The position numbers were made by a program, and so were the translations under genes. Of a stretch of DNA of 64,000 nucleotides, positions 29,461 to 41,757 are shown piece by piece. How positions within the stretch are numbered: position 1 is the stretch's first letter; each line of letters opens with the position of its first letter. The notes below the pieces were generated by a model. The model did no database searches and had not been told where the DNA came from. It saw only the letters and a program-made list of their open reading frames with translations. Location of the stretch: contig JBDHHQ010000006.1 of assembly GCA_039589315.1 (NCBI GenBank), positions 32,001-96,000 on the forward strand. Direction: 5' to 3'. Source of the DNA: Gemmatimonadota bacterium. GTDB lineage: Bacteria; Gemmatimonadota; Gemmatimonadetes; Longimicrobiales; Gaopeijiaceae.

Positions 29461-29566
29461 GGCAGGCTCTCGAGTTTGAGGATCCACACTGGAACGGTGA
29501 TTCTCCGAGACGCTGCGGGCAAGACGGGTCGTTCCACACCGGTATCGAGCCGCCCAACCTCGAGTC

Positions 29567-32005
<2,439 letters not shown>

Positions 32006-32110
32006 GGCTGCCATATGATGCGAAGTCTCCCCCCGTCACCGGACACCGGGCGTGTGCGAGTCGTGGAGGGACCCCCCTCACCCTGCAGCGCGCCCGCCGC
32101 GAGATCCGCC

Positions 32111-33610
32111 ATGGCATCCGACCCCAAGCGCACCGACTCGGACGGCTTCGAGGATCTGGAGCTCCCCGACCTGAGCCCCGGGAGCATGTTCCTGAAGTTC
32201 GGGCCCGGCACGATCCTGATGATGACCGGGATCGGCACCAGTCACCTGGTGACGGCGCCCACTGCCGGGGGACGGTTCGGGTACGCGCTCCTGTGGTGCA
32301 TCCCCATCGCATACGTGTTCAAGTACTACGGCTTCGAAATGGCCTTCCGGTTCACGAACGCAACCGGCAAGAGCTTGGTCGAGGCCTACGCAACGACGAA
32401 GGGGAAGTGGTCGCTGTGGTACGTGTTGATCACGACGCTCCTCCAGTGCGCGGTGGGGCAGGCCGGTCGGCTCATCGCCGCCGCCGCGGTCCTGTACTAT
32501 CTGTTCAGCGTCCAGACCGGCTGGCCCGTGCCACTGACCGCCTACGCCGTCGTCGTGGGCGTCGTCTCCGTGGTCATCATCCTGAAGGGCAGGTACCAGG
32601 CCCTGGAGGTAGGGGCCAAAGCCCTGGCGCTGGTCCTCTTCGTGTCCACGGTGGTCGTCTTTCTGGTGCAACCGGCACCGGCCGCCGCAGCCGCCCACTT
32701 CTTCATCTTCGAGACCCCCGAGGGATCGTGGCTCATCATCGCCGCGTTCCTGGGCCTGTTGCCCACGGGCATGGACGTGTCCCTGCAGGCCTCGGAATGG
32801 GGGAAGGCGAAGAAGGCGGGGCTGTCGAAGATCCGGGACCGCCTCGAGGCTCAGGGGTTGGCTCGACCCTTCGATCCCTTCGACCCGGACCCGAAGGCGT
32901 TGGCGATACACGTGCCCGCCATCCCGCAGCGCGCGCAGGACTACGGCCGCCGCTGGTTCACCATCGGCCTGTGGGATTTCCGCGTGGGACACGTGGTCTC
33001 GTTCATCATCGCCACGCTCTTCCTGCTGCTGGCGGCGGTGTGGCTTTACCCCAGCGCCGTCGAAGGCCGCGCGGTCATGGGCGAGATCGCCGGCATCTTC
33101 ACGCTCAGCGTCGGTCCCTGGATGATGGTGGTCTTCATGGGCGGCGCCCTGGCAGCCACCTTCTCCACCGCCTTCAACTACTTCGACGGATGGCCGCGCA
33201 TCGTCGGCGCGTGCGCGCGGAACCTCTTTCGCGGGACGGCCCGTCTGCAGGGCATCGACCGCACGGAGCTCACCCAGGAGCACCGCTCGACCTGGTACTC
33301 CGAGTACAACCTCTACCGGGCGACGATGATCTACTCGCTGGTGGCGTCCGTGGTGATCATCGCCGGAGTGCCCCGTCCGGTCTTTCTGGTGCTGGTGGCC
33401 TCCGCCCTCGCGTTCTTCATCGCACCGGTGATCTTCTTCCTGAATCTGTATTACTGCCTTACCATCATTCCCAAGCAGAACCGACACTTCTACCCCTCCG
33501 GGTGGGAGCGCGTCTTCGCCTGGCTGAGCCTGGCGGTGTTCACGGGTTTGACCGGTCTCAGCGCGATCCTGTTGCTGGCGCAGACCTTCAACGCCCTGTT
33601 CGGAGCGTGA
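32111..33610 (+). CDS. Nramp-like divalent metal transporter family protein
   Basis: GPGTIL..TGIGTSHLV..P.AG..FGYALLW, KY..FE...RF..ATG.SL.E.Y; about 11 TM segments. The real start lies inside the 29657..33610 ORF. Confidence 0.85.
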   Translation: MASDPKRTDSDGFEDLELPDLSPGSMFLKFGPGTILMMTGIGTSHLVTAPTAGGRFGYALLWCIPIAYVFKYYGFEMAFRFTNATGKSLVEAYATTKGKWSLWYVLITTLLQCAVGQAGRLIAAAAVLYYLFSVQTGWPVPLTAYAVVVGVVSVVIILKGRYQALEVGAKALALVLFVSTVVVFLVQPAPAAAAAHFFIFETPEGSWLIIAAFLGLLPTGMDVSLQASEWGKAKKAGLSKIRDRLEAQGLARPFDPFDPDPKALAIHVPAIPQRAQDYGRRWFTIGLWDFRVGHVVSFIIATLFLLLAAVWLYPSAVEGRAVMGEIAGIFTLSVGPWMMVVFMGGALAATFSTAFNYFDGWPRIVGACARNLFRGTARLQGIDRTELTQEHRSTWYSEYNLYRATMIYSLVASVVIIAGVPRPVFLVLVASALAFFIAPVIFFLNLYYCLTIIPKQNRHFYPSGWERVFAWLSLAVFTGLTGLSAILLLAQTFNALFGA

Positions 33611-33617
33611 TACGGAA

Positions 33618-33896
33618 ATGAGCCAATCGTTCGAGGGTGTCGTCGCGGTGGCCCGCTTCAATCTTCGGCACGAAGCCGAGATTGCCCGGGGGTTCCTGGA
33701 GGCGGAGGGGATCGAGTCGTTCGTGCGGGCCGACGACGGAGGTGGTGCGTTCGGGGTTCCGCTGAGCTACACGCTGGACAGTTTCGCCGAGATCTTCGTG
33801 GCGGCGGAGGATGCTGAGCGGGCCCGCGATATCCTGAAGGACGCGGGGTTCGACGGGGCGCCGGAAGACGAGGAGCCCGAGGAGCCCAGGTACTAG
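33618..33896 (+). CDS. DUF2007-like putative signal-transducing protein
   Basis: EAEIARGFLEAEGIE, IFV..EDAERARDIL. Confidence 0.8.
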   Translation: MSQSFEGVVAVARFNLRHEAEIARGFLEAEGIESFVRADDGGGAFGVPLSYTLDSFAEIFVAAEDAERARDILKDAGFDGAPEDEEPEEPRY

Positions 33897-33969
33897 CGTG
33901 GTGCCAATTGGGGCCGGCGCCGGGCGGGAGGGCGCCGGGACCCTACCGCACCAACGCGGGTGTGGCGCA

Positions 33970-34941
33970 CTAGTAGACGCCCGCTACCCTGGCTCGCTGC
34001 TGGATCAAGGCCAGCACCGTGTCGATGGTGGGGGTGGCTACCCCCACCAGCCTGCCCATCTCCTGGACCGCCGTGACCAACGCGTCGATCTCCATGGGAC
34101 GGCCCCGCTCGAGGTCCTGGAGCATGGAGGTGCGATGGGCCCCCACGGCCGCAGCCCCCTCGATACGGCGGTCGACGTCCACGGCGAAGCGCACGCCCAG
34201 CTTCTCACCGATCGCCTGGGCCTCCACCATCATGGCCCTGGCCACGGCCCGGGTTCCCGGGTCGGTCGCGACCACGTCCAGCGTCTCGAGCGTCAGGGCG
34301 CTGATGGGGTTGAAGGACAGGTTCCCCCACAGCTTCACCCAGATCTCGTCGCGGACGCGACGCACGGGCGCCCTGAGCCCCGCCTCGACGAACGCTCGGG
34401 CCAGCCGCCGCACACGCTCGCTCTTCTCGCCGTTCGGCTCGCCCAGGGTGAACCGGTTGCCTTCGATGTGACGGATCACGCCCGGCTCGGAGACCTCGGC
34501 GGCAGGGTAGACGACACAGCCGAGGATGCGCTCCGGTCCGATCCTCTCCCACTGGACGCCACCGGGATCGACTGAGGGGAGCCGCCGTCCCTCCCACTGT
34601 CCGTCCAGTCCGTAGAAGTACCACCAGGGCACGCCGTTCACCGCCCACACCACCACCGAGTCCGGCCCCAGCAGCGGCTGCAGGGCGTCGGTGATGGCGG
34701 GCACGGAGTGTGCTTTGAGCGTAACGATCACGTAGTCCTGAGGCCCGGCTTCGGACGGATCGTCGGTTGCGCGGGGTCGGGCCACCCGCTCCTCGCCGTC
34801 GATGAGGAGGCGCACGCCTCGCTCGCGCATGGCAGCCAGGTGGGGGCCCCGAGCGATCAACGTCACGTCCTGACCGGCCAACGTCAGCTGGCAGCCCAGG
34901 TATCCGCCGATGGCGCCGGCGCCGTAGACGCAGATTCTCAT
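33970..34941 (-). CDS. Ketopantoate reductase family protein (possible oxalyl-CoA reductase, PanE2-like)
   Basis: GAGAIGG, NGVPWWYF, IWVKLWGN..FNPISALT, HRTSMLQDLE.GRP.E; ATGA-coupled to the ligase. Confidence 0.85.
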   Translation of the reverse strand: MRICVYGAGAIGGYLGCQLTLAGQDVTLIARGPHLAAMRERGVRLLIDGEERVARPRATDDPSEAGPQDYVIVTLKAHSVPAITDALQPLLGPDSVVVWAVNGVPWWYFYGLDGQWEGRRLPSVDPGGVQWERIGPERILGCVVYPAAEVSEPGVIRHIEGNRFTLGEPNGEKSERVRRLARAFVEAGLRAPVRRVRDEIWVKLWGNLSFNPISALTLETLDVVATDPGTRAVARAMMVEAQAIGEKLGVRFAVDVDRRIEGAAAVGAHRTSMLQDLERGRPMEIDALVTAVQEMGRLVGVATPTIDTVLALIQQRARVAGVY

Positions 34942-36467
34942 CCCGTCAGTCCGAGCTGCTCCGCCAATCCGATGCGCCGGAGCTTGCCGGTCGGCCCCTT
35001 GGGGATCTCGTCCAGGATCAGCACCTTGCGGGGCACCTTGAAGTCCGCGAGCCGGCTGGCCGCGAATTGGCGGATCTCCGCCGGCCTGGCCTGTGCCCCC
35101 TCTACGAGGACGACCGCCGCGGCCACTTCCTCGCCGAGCTTCGGATGGGGCAGGGCGAACGTCACCACCTGGTGGACCGCAGGGTGTTCCATCAGGACCT
35201 CGTCCACCTCTCTGGGTGAGATCTTCTCACCACCCCGGTTGATGATCTCCTTGAGGCGGCCGGTGATCGTCACGTATCCGTCTGCGTCCATGACGCCCTG
35301 GTCCCCCGTCCGGAACCAGCCGGCGGTGAAGCCGGCGGCGTTGGCCTCTGGGTTGTTCTCGTAGCCGGGGGTCACATTGGGTCCGCGGATCACGATCTCA
35401 CCGACCTGCCCGGACTCCAGAAGGACACCGTCCCGGTCCATGACCGCTACCTCCGGCCCTGCGGCGCGCCCAACGGTTCCGGGCTTTCGCCGGCCGGGCG
35501 GAAGCGGGTTGCACGTCATCTGGTGCGAGGCCTCGGTCATCGCGTACGCCTCGACCACCGGCACCGCGAACACCTCTTCCAGCTTGGCCATGACCTGGGG
35601 CGGCAGCGAAGAGGACGAGGAGCGGATCAGCCGGAGGGGCGTGGCCCGGATTACGTCCAGGTTGCGGCCTGCACGGGCCAGGATGCCCTGATGCATCGTG
35701 GGGACGGCCGAGTACCATGTGGGCTGCGCCTCATTCATCCACGAAAAGAACTCGAAGGCGTTGAAGCCGGGCGTGCAGAACACCGACGCCCCGGAGCGCA
35801 TGGACGAGAGGACCGGGGCCATGAGGCCGTGAATGTGAAACAGCGGCATCACGTTGAGGCATCGGTCCTCGGGAGTGAGCCTGAGGGTTTCGGCGATGTT
35901 GCCGGCCGATGCACAGACGTTGCTGTGGAGCAGAGGCACGATCTTGGGACGTGACGTGGTGCCCGACGTATGGAGGACCAGCGCCACGTCGTCGGGTCCG
36001 GCCGGTCCCCCCGCCCCCGCCGGGGAAGGATCGGCGTGGCCACCACCGATCTCGAACGAGCCGGCCGGCGCTCCCGGCGGGACGCCCAGGCGCAGCACGT
36101 TGATCCCCAACTCCTCTGCAGATCGGATGGCCGGGGATTCGCTGCCATCCAGGACCACGAGGGCACGGGCGCCCAGGTCCTTCAGATAGAAGTCGAACTC
36201 GGGCTTCCGGTACTGGGGGTTCAGCGGCGCCGCCGTGGCGGCCGACGCGATGGAGAGGAAAGCCGAGGCCATCTCGGGACCGTTGGGCAGGACGATACCC
36301 ACCCGATCGCCGCGACCGATGCCCCGGAGATTGAGAGACGTAGCGGCCTGGTCGACGTGATCCCGAAGCTGCCGATAGGTCATGGGGGTCCGACCCGGGG
36401 CGGAGATGGCCGGGTTGGGGGCGTCGGCCAGATCGAGCAGCTGTCGTATGGTCTGGGGGGCAGCCAT
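34938..36467 (-). CDS. Acyl-CoA synthetase, oxalate-CoA ligase-like
   Basis: LHTSGTTSRPK.VPL, VMPLFHIHGL, TWYSAVPTMHQ, EAYAMTEASHQM..NPLP, INRGGEKISP.E.D. Confidence 0.85.
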   Translation of the reverse strand: MAAPQTIRQLLDLADAPNPAISAPGRTPMTYRQLRDHVDQAATSLNLRGIGRGDRVGIVLPNGPEMASAFLSIASAATAAPLNPQYRKPEFDFYLKDLGARALVVLDGSESPAIRSAEELGINVLRLGVPPGAPAGSFEIGGGHADPSPAGAGGPAGPDDVALVLHTSGTTSRPKIVPLLHSNVCASAGNIAETLRLTPEDRCLNVMPLFHIHGLMAPVLSSMRSGASVFCTPGFNAFEFFSWMNEAQPTWYSAVPTMHQGILARAGRNLDVIRATPLRLIRSSSSSLPPQVMAKLEEVFAVPVVEAYAMTEASHQMTCNPLPPGRRKPGTVGRAAGPEVAVMDRDGVLLESGQVGEIVIRGPNVTPGYENNPEANAAGFTAGWFRTGDQGVMDADGYVTITGRLKEIINRGGEKISPREVDEVLMEHPAVHQVVTFALPHPKLGEEVAAAVVLVEGAQARPAEIRQFAASRLADFKVPRKVLILDEIPKGPTGKLRRIGLAEQLGLTG

Positions 36468-36476
36468 CGCAGTCGC

Positions 36477-37334
36477 TCAGCGTGGCCAGGACCGGGCTTC
36501 GGCCCGGTCGGCGTAGTCGCTCCGTCGCTCCTCGACGATGGGCTCTCGGGTGGCGAGGTCGTATCCGTCGCCCGGAGCCAACAGGGAGAAGCGACCGTGG
36601 TCGCCGATCATGCGCCCCGAGTCGTAGATGGCCACGAACGACTGCCCGATCACCTGGAACCGGTCACCCTGCACCACGATGGCGGTGTTCTCGTCGATGC
36701 CGATGCCCAGAAGCTCGGGCCGAGCCTCGACGACCTCGATCAGGTCGAACTGTCGGTTCCGCTTCAGGAGATGCTGATCGATGGCGGTGTTCGCGAGGAA
36801 GCCGAAGCCCTCTTCGTGATCTCCCATCATGATGGTGTTCGTGCGGGTGTCTCCCCGGACCAGATACGACCCTTGTATGGTGGCGCCGGCCGACGACCCA
36901 CCGATGACGCCACCCCGGTCGAGCACGCCCCAGAGGGCTTTCTCCGTTCTTGTGTCCAGATACGCGTCGGCCAGCCGCCACTGTCGACCTCCCGTGAACC
37001 AGACGCCTCCGGCTGCCACGATGGGTTGGACGAACGCCTCGCTGTCGGCCTCGGCCGGATCCCGGGTGTGGACGACGGTGAGATCCCGGGCCCCCTGGTC
37101 CCGGAAGAGGTCGAGCCGGTCGTACCACTGATCGTAGTCGTCGGCTTCCCCCGCGGTGGGGATGACGACGATAGGGGCGTCGGGTCCCCCGGCCAGCTCG
37201 ATGAAGCGCCGCACGATGACGGGATCCGAGAGCGCACCGCCCACGACCACCAGCGCGCCGCTGGCAGGGCCCACCTCCTGAGCTGGGGTGGGCGTGGCGG
37301 TCAGGCAAAGCGCGAGGAGCAGTAAGCGTCGCAT
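36477..37334 (-). CDS. Cyanophycinase-like peptidase S51, exported
   Basis: VVGG, IPTA, WFTGGRQ, GGSSAGA, IDQH...RNR, GIGIDENTA. Confidence 0.9.
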   Translation of the reverse strand: MRRLLLLALCLTATPTPAQEVGPASGALVVVGGALSDPVIVRRFIELAGGPDAPIVVIPTAGEADDYDQWYDRLDLFRDQGARDLTVVHTRDPAEADSEAFVQPIVAAGGVWFTGGRQWRLADAYLDTRTEKALWGVLDRGGVIGGSSAGATIQGSYLVRGDTRTNTIMMGDHEEGFGFLANTAIDQHLLKRNRQFDLIEVVEARPELLGIGIDENTAIVVQGDRFQVIGQSFVAIYDSGRMIGDHGRFSLLAPGDGYDLATREPIVEERRSDYADRAEARSWPR

Positions 37335-37532
37335 CGGGGCTCGGGTTGTGGGAGGTCATTGGTCGTCCGGTCAAGGCCGCCTTGACCTGGCTGGTCCGGG
37401 GCGTGCCTCCGCCGCGTGCGCGTTAGGGTAGCACCAGGCTGGACCCGCGCCAATCCGTGGGGGTTTCATGGCTGCGGTGGGCCCCATGGGCCTGGCCGTC
37501 GTCAATAACGCGTCCAGCCTGGAACGATACGC

Positions 37533-38951
37533 ATGATGGTCGACTCGACGGAGGGAGCGCCCCGACCGCGGGTGGTCGTGGTGGGCGGCGGCTTCGGGGG
37601 GCTGGCGGCCGCCCGGGCGCTTCGCCGAGCCGAGGCGGAGGTGATCCTCTTCGATCGGCACAACCACCACCTCTTCCAGCCTCTCCTCTACCAGGTCGCC
37701 ACCGCGGCGTTGTCTCCGGGCAATATCGCGGCACCCATCCGTAGGATTCTGAGCCGTCAGCGGAATGCGCAGGTGGTCCTGGCCAAGGTGACCGACGTGG
37801 ACGTGGAGGCCCGCACCGTCAGCCTGGGAGAGCACCGGTACGCGTACGACTACCTGATTCTCGCGGCTGGGGCCGTGACGAACTACTTCGGCAACGAGGA
37901 CTGGGCGGAGATGGCGCCGGGTCTCAAGACCGTGACCGAGGCCCTGGACGTCCGGAGCCGGCTGCTGCTGGCCTTCGAGCAGGCCGAGATCGAGTCGGAC
38001 GCCGAGGCCCGCCGCGCCGCGCTGACCTTCGCCATCGTGGGTGCCGGACCGACCGGAGTCGAGATGGCGGGAGCCCTGGCGGAGATCGCTCGCACCACGC
38101 TGAGGCGGGACTTCCGGAACATCGACACGAGCGCTGTGCGCGTCATTCTCGTGGACGCGAGCGGCCGGGTCCTTCCGGCGTATCCGAAGGAGCTCTCCGA
38201 GCGGGCCGCCGCCGACCTGAGGCGAATGGGCGTCGAGCTGATGCTGGACACCCACGTGACCGGCGTCGATCCGGGGGGTCTCACGGTGGCGCGCGGCTCG
38301 GGCGAGGAGCGGATCCAGGCCGACAACGTCATCTGGGCGGCGGGGGTGCGGGCGGCCGCCATCGGCCAGCGTCTGGGTGCGGAGGTCGACCGGCTCGGAC
38401 GCGTGGTCGTGGGCGACGACCTGACGATCTCCGGCCACCCGGAGGTGTTCGTCGTGGGTGATCTGGCGAACCGGATCGACGCCGCCACGGCCCGACCAGT
38501 TCCGGGCGTCGCCCAGGGGGCGATTCAGATGGGGCGATTCGCCGGCGAGGTGGTGGCTGCGGAGCTACGTGCCCTCAGCCGAGGCGCCCCGCCGCCGCCG
38601 CGAGGGAGCTTCTCGTATCGAGACAAGGGCTCCATGGCGACGATCGGCAGGAACAGCGCCGTGGCGGACGTAGGTAGGCTCCGGTTCGGCGGTGTGCTCG
38701 CGTGGCTGGCCTGGGCGCTGATCCATGTCTTCTTCCTCATCGGATTCCGACGCCGCTTTCTCGTGATGGCCGAATGGGTGTGGATGTACGTCACCTACGG
38801 ACGGGGCGTACGACTCATCACGGGGACCAATCGCCTGCCGCGGCCGGTCCGGCCGCCTCCCGACCCGCGGCTCGCCTCACTCCCACTCGATCGTGCCGGG
38901 GGGCTTGGAGGTGAGGTCGAGGGCGAGGGCGCCCACGCCGGGCAGGGATAG
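37533..38951 (+). CDS. Type II NADH dehydrogenase family FAD-dependent oxidoreductase
   Basis: GGGFGG, HLFQPLLYQVATA, GAGPTGVEMAG, WAAGV, AQGAIQMG, DKGSMATIGR. The 3' end overlaps guaA by 75 nt. Confidence 0.9.
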   Translation: MMVDSTEGAPRPRVVVVGGGFGGLAAARALRRAEAEVILFDRHNHHLFQPLLYQVATAALSPGNIAAPIRRILSRQRNAQVVLAKVTDVDVEARTVSLGEHRYAYDYLILAAGAVTNYFGNEDWAEMAPGLKTVTEALDVRSRLLLAFEQAEIESDAEARRAALTFAIVGAGPTGVEMAGALAEIARTTLRRDFRNIDTSAVRVILVDASGRVLPAYPKELSERAAADLRRMGVELMLDTHVTGVDPGGLTVARGSGEERIQADNVIWAAGVRAAAIGQRLGAEVDRLGRVVVGDDLTISGHPEVFVVGDLANRIDAATARPVPGVAQGAIQMGRFAGEVVAAELRALSRGAPPPPRGSFSYRDKGSMATIGRNSAVADVGRLRFGGVLAWLAWALIHVFFLIGFRRRFLVMAEWVWMYVTYGRGVRLITGTNRLPRPVRPPPDPRLASLPLDRAGGLGGEVEGEGAHAGQG

Positions 38952-40697
38952 GACGTCTCGCCGGAGCTCGTGGAGAACCGCATCGGGCAGCTCCACGGGT
39001 GACGCCGTCATGGCGCGGGCCGAACGGACCGGCCGGATTACCACCATCTCGCCGGGCGACCGGTCGAACGTCACCGGCACCAGTACCGTCGGGCACTGCC
39101 AGATCCGGTCGTAGAGGCCATGGCGTTCCAGCGCCGACATGACCAGGTGATCGGCCTCCCGGAGGACTGCCAGGCGGGCCCCGGTCACGGTGGCGGCTAA
39201 GGGCCGCGCCTGCGCCGGGTGGTCCGGCCCCAGGTTCCACACGCACCGGTTGACGCCCGGCACATCCGCCGTGATCACCGAGGTCGCGTCCAGCAGGGCG
39301 CTCCACGACGAGGTGCCGCTGAGCAGAACGGGGTGCTCGTAGGCCCGAAGGTCGGCCTTTACGCCGACCGACCGGATCGGCAGCGCCAGGGCGGCCAGGC
39401 CCAACTCCGAGGCGAGCCGCGCCAAAGCGGGCTCCAGCGCCTCGAATCCGGCTCGATCGGGTACGCCGTCGGAGCAGAGCAGGCGAACCCCGAGGCCCGG
39501 CCCGGGGAACGGGTGCCGCCAGACGGCCTCGTGGGGGATGCCGAGGCGCTCCCCCAGCTCCCGCACCTCCACCTTGTAGAGCTCTGCCAGGGGCTCCACG
39601 ACCTTGCCGTCCTCGATCATCCGCTCGATGACCGGCACCCGGTTGTGGTGGGTCTTGATGGTATCCGCCCTGCGTGTGCCCCCCGTTTCGATCGTGTCCG
39701 GGTAGATGGTGCCCTGTCCGAGCAGATGCTGGTCGATCCCCAGACGGGCCGCCTCGCTCTGAAACACCCGCACGAAGGTCTCGCCGATGGCGCGGCGTTT
39801 CGCCTCCGGCTCGACGAGGCCTTCCAGGGCCTCCAGAAAGGTGTCGCTGGCGTCGACGAAGTGAAGGCCCTCGTCCAGACCCATGGCCGCGAAACGGGCG
39901 AGCACCTCCTGGCTCTCCTCTTTGCGCATGAGGCCGTTGTCGATGTGGAGGAGATGGAGGCGCTCGGATCCCAGGGCGTCACCGAGCACCGCGGCCGCGA
40001 CCGTGGAATCCACGCCCCCCGAAGCCAGCAGGAAGACGGACCGGCCGTCGACCTGGTCCCGGAGCGTCGTGCGCTGCTCATCCAGGTAGGCCTCCAGGTC
40101 CCAGGTAGGGCGACAGCCGCATATCCCCAGCACGAAGTTGGCGATCATGGTGTCCCCGCCGAGCGTGCTGTCGACTTCCGGGTGGAACTGGAAGCCGTAC
40201 CTGCGAAGGGAGTCGGAGCCGATGGCGGCGAAGCGGTTGGCGTCCCGGCTGCCGCTGGTCACGGTGAACCCGAGCTCCCGGAACTCGGGCCCCACGGCCA
40301 CCACGGAGTCGAAGTGGCTCATCCAAACCTGCTGCACCGGGTCGAGACCCCGGAAGAGGGGATGGGAGTCGGTCACGTGGAGCTCCGCCGGGCCCCACTC
40401 CCGGCCGCCGTGGACCACCTCGCCCCCATAGTGCTTCGCGATCTCCTGGTGCCCGAAGCAGAAGCCCGCGATGGGCACGTCCAGGTCGTAGATCTCCTTG
40501 GCGTACGTGGAGTCCTGGCCGTGGGACGACAGGCTCGGGCTGCCCGAGATGATGATGCCCCGGTACGGAGCGAACGCCTCGATGGGGTCTTCCGGTTGGC
40601 GGATCTCTGCCAGCACCCCATGCCGGCGAACCTTGGTGGCGATGAGGTGGGCGTACTGCCCGCCGAAGTCTATGACGGCGATGGCGTCGTGGTTCAT
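38877..40697 (-). CDS. guaA: GMP synthase (glutamine-hydrolysing), long form
   Basis: DFGGQY, GFCFGHQ, QFHPEV, SGGVDS, QGTIYPD, IKTHHN, RHPFPGPGL, KPPGTIEWE. Confidence 0.95.
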   Translation of the reverse strand: MNHDAIAVIDFGGQYAHLIATKVRRHGVLAEIRQPEDPIEAFAPYRGIIISGSPSLSSHGQDSTYAKEIYDLDVPIAGFCFGHQEIAKHYGGEVVHGGREWGPAELHVTDSHPLFRGLDPVQQVWMSHFDSVVAVGPEFRELGFTVTSGSRDANRFAAIGSDSLRRYGFQFHPEVDSTLGGDTMIANFVLGICGCRPTWDLEAYLDEQRTTLRDQVDGRSVFLLASGGVDSTVAAAVLGDALGSERLHLLHIDNGLMRKEESQEVLARFAAMGLDEGLHFVDASDTFLEALEGLVEPEAKRRAIGETFVRVFQSEAARLGIDQHLLGQGTIYPDTIETGGTRRADTIKTHHNRVPVIERMIEDGKVVEPLAELYKVEVRELGERLGIPHEAVWRHPFPGPGLGVRLLCSDGVPDRAGFEALEPALARLASELGLAALALPIRSVGVKADLRAYEHPVLLSGTSSWSALLDATSVITADVPGVNRCVWNLGPDHPAQARPLAATVTGARLAVLREADHLVMSALERHGLYDRIWQCPTVLVPVTFDRSPGEMVVIRPVRSARAMTASPVELPDAVLHELRRDVLSLPGVGALALDLTSKPPGTIEWE

Positions 40698-40785
40698 CGA
40701 TGGCGCCGGGCTGCAGGGTCCTGGGTCTCGATCCGGCCGCGCCCGCCCGTGCCGGCAGGCGGGGCTCCCGCGAAGGAGTCGGAAG

Positions 40786-41757
40786 CTAGGTGGATTCGCC
40801 CCGCGCCGGAAGCGGCGTCAGGCGCCGTGCTCTGGCGGTGAGCTCGGCGGTATCGGCGTCCTGAAAGCCCAGGACCCCGAAACGCTCGATGGCCAGCGAC
40901 GCAGCGGCGGCGCCGAAGCGGAGGGCGGCCCCCATGGAGTCCGGGTCCACGGAGGCCGCGCCGGCCAGATGGCCCATCACGCCGCCAGCGAAGGCGTCGC
41001 CGGCGCCGGTTGGATCCTGGACCCCGCCGACCCGAGCCGGCGCCACGGACAGCACGCACCCCGGCCCGAACGCACGCGCGCCGGCCCGGCCCAGCTTCAC
41101 CACCACCCACGGTGGCCCCGCACCACGGATGGAGCCCACGGACGCGGCAAGGTCGTCCGCTCGACCCAGGGTCCGCGCTTCGGTCTCGTTCACGAACAGC
41201 AGCTGAGCTCGGGCGATGAGTCCGCGCAGCTCTGCTGACCGCTCTTCGATCCAGTGGGCCATCGTGTCTACGGCGAGAAGCTCGGGATCCTCCAGCTGGG
41301 CCAGGACCCTGGATTGGAGTCGAGGATCGGTGCTGCCCAGAAAGGCCACCGGCGCCCGTGCCCCGGTGGATGGAACGACCGGCTGAACGGTAGCGGCCAC
41401 TCCACGGTCAGTCGCCAGCGTCTGGCGGGTCCCGAAGTCGGGGGCGTAGCGGGCTCGCCAGCGCATGGTCGGGCCCCGCTCCCGCCGGATTCCGGTCACG
41501 TCGACGCCGCGCTCGTCGAGCCAATCCAGGCAACTCGGCGGGAAGTCGTCACCGACGACGCCGACCAGCACGACCGGGGCCAGGAGGGATGCGCCGAGGG
41601 AGAAGTAGAGAGCGGAGCCGCCCGGCAGGTCGCGACCGGAGCCCTCCGGGGTGTCGACCGAGTCCAGCGCCAGGGTTCCGAAGGCGAGGATTCGGCGGCG
41701 GCGTCCGGGGGCCGGAGGCCGAGGACGGGCCTCCCCGGTGCGTCCACTGGCCGTCAT
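40786..41757 (-). CDS. PfkB family sugar/nucleoside kinase
   Basis: PGGSA, VGVVGDDF, NETEA, VVKLG..G, DPTGAGDAFAGG. Confidence 0.9.
   Translation of the reverse strand: MTASGRTGEARPRPPAPGRRRRILAFGTLALDSVDTPEGSGRDLPGGSALYFSLGASLLAPVVLVGVVGDDFPPSCLDWLDERGVDVTGIRRERGPTMRWRARYAPDFGTRQTLATDRGVAATVQPVVPSTGARAPVAFLGSTDPRLQSRVLAQLEDPELLAVDTMAHWIEERSAELRGLIARAQLLFVNETEARTLGRADDLAASVGSIRGAGPPWVVVKLGRAGARAFGPGCVLSVAPARVGGVQDPTGAGDAFAGGVMGHLAGAASVDPDSMGAALRFGAAAASLAIERFGVLGFQDADTAELTARARRLTPLPARGEST

Noticed and set aside
38877..38951. 75-nt convergent overlap of the NADH dehydrogenase gene and guaA
   Set aside because: Low-complexity tail read-through, common in GC-rich genomes; no sign of a dual-coding function.
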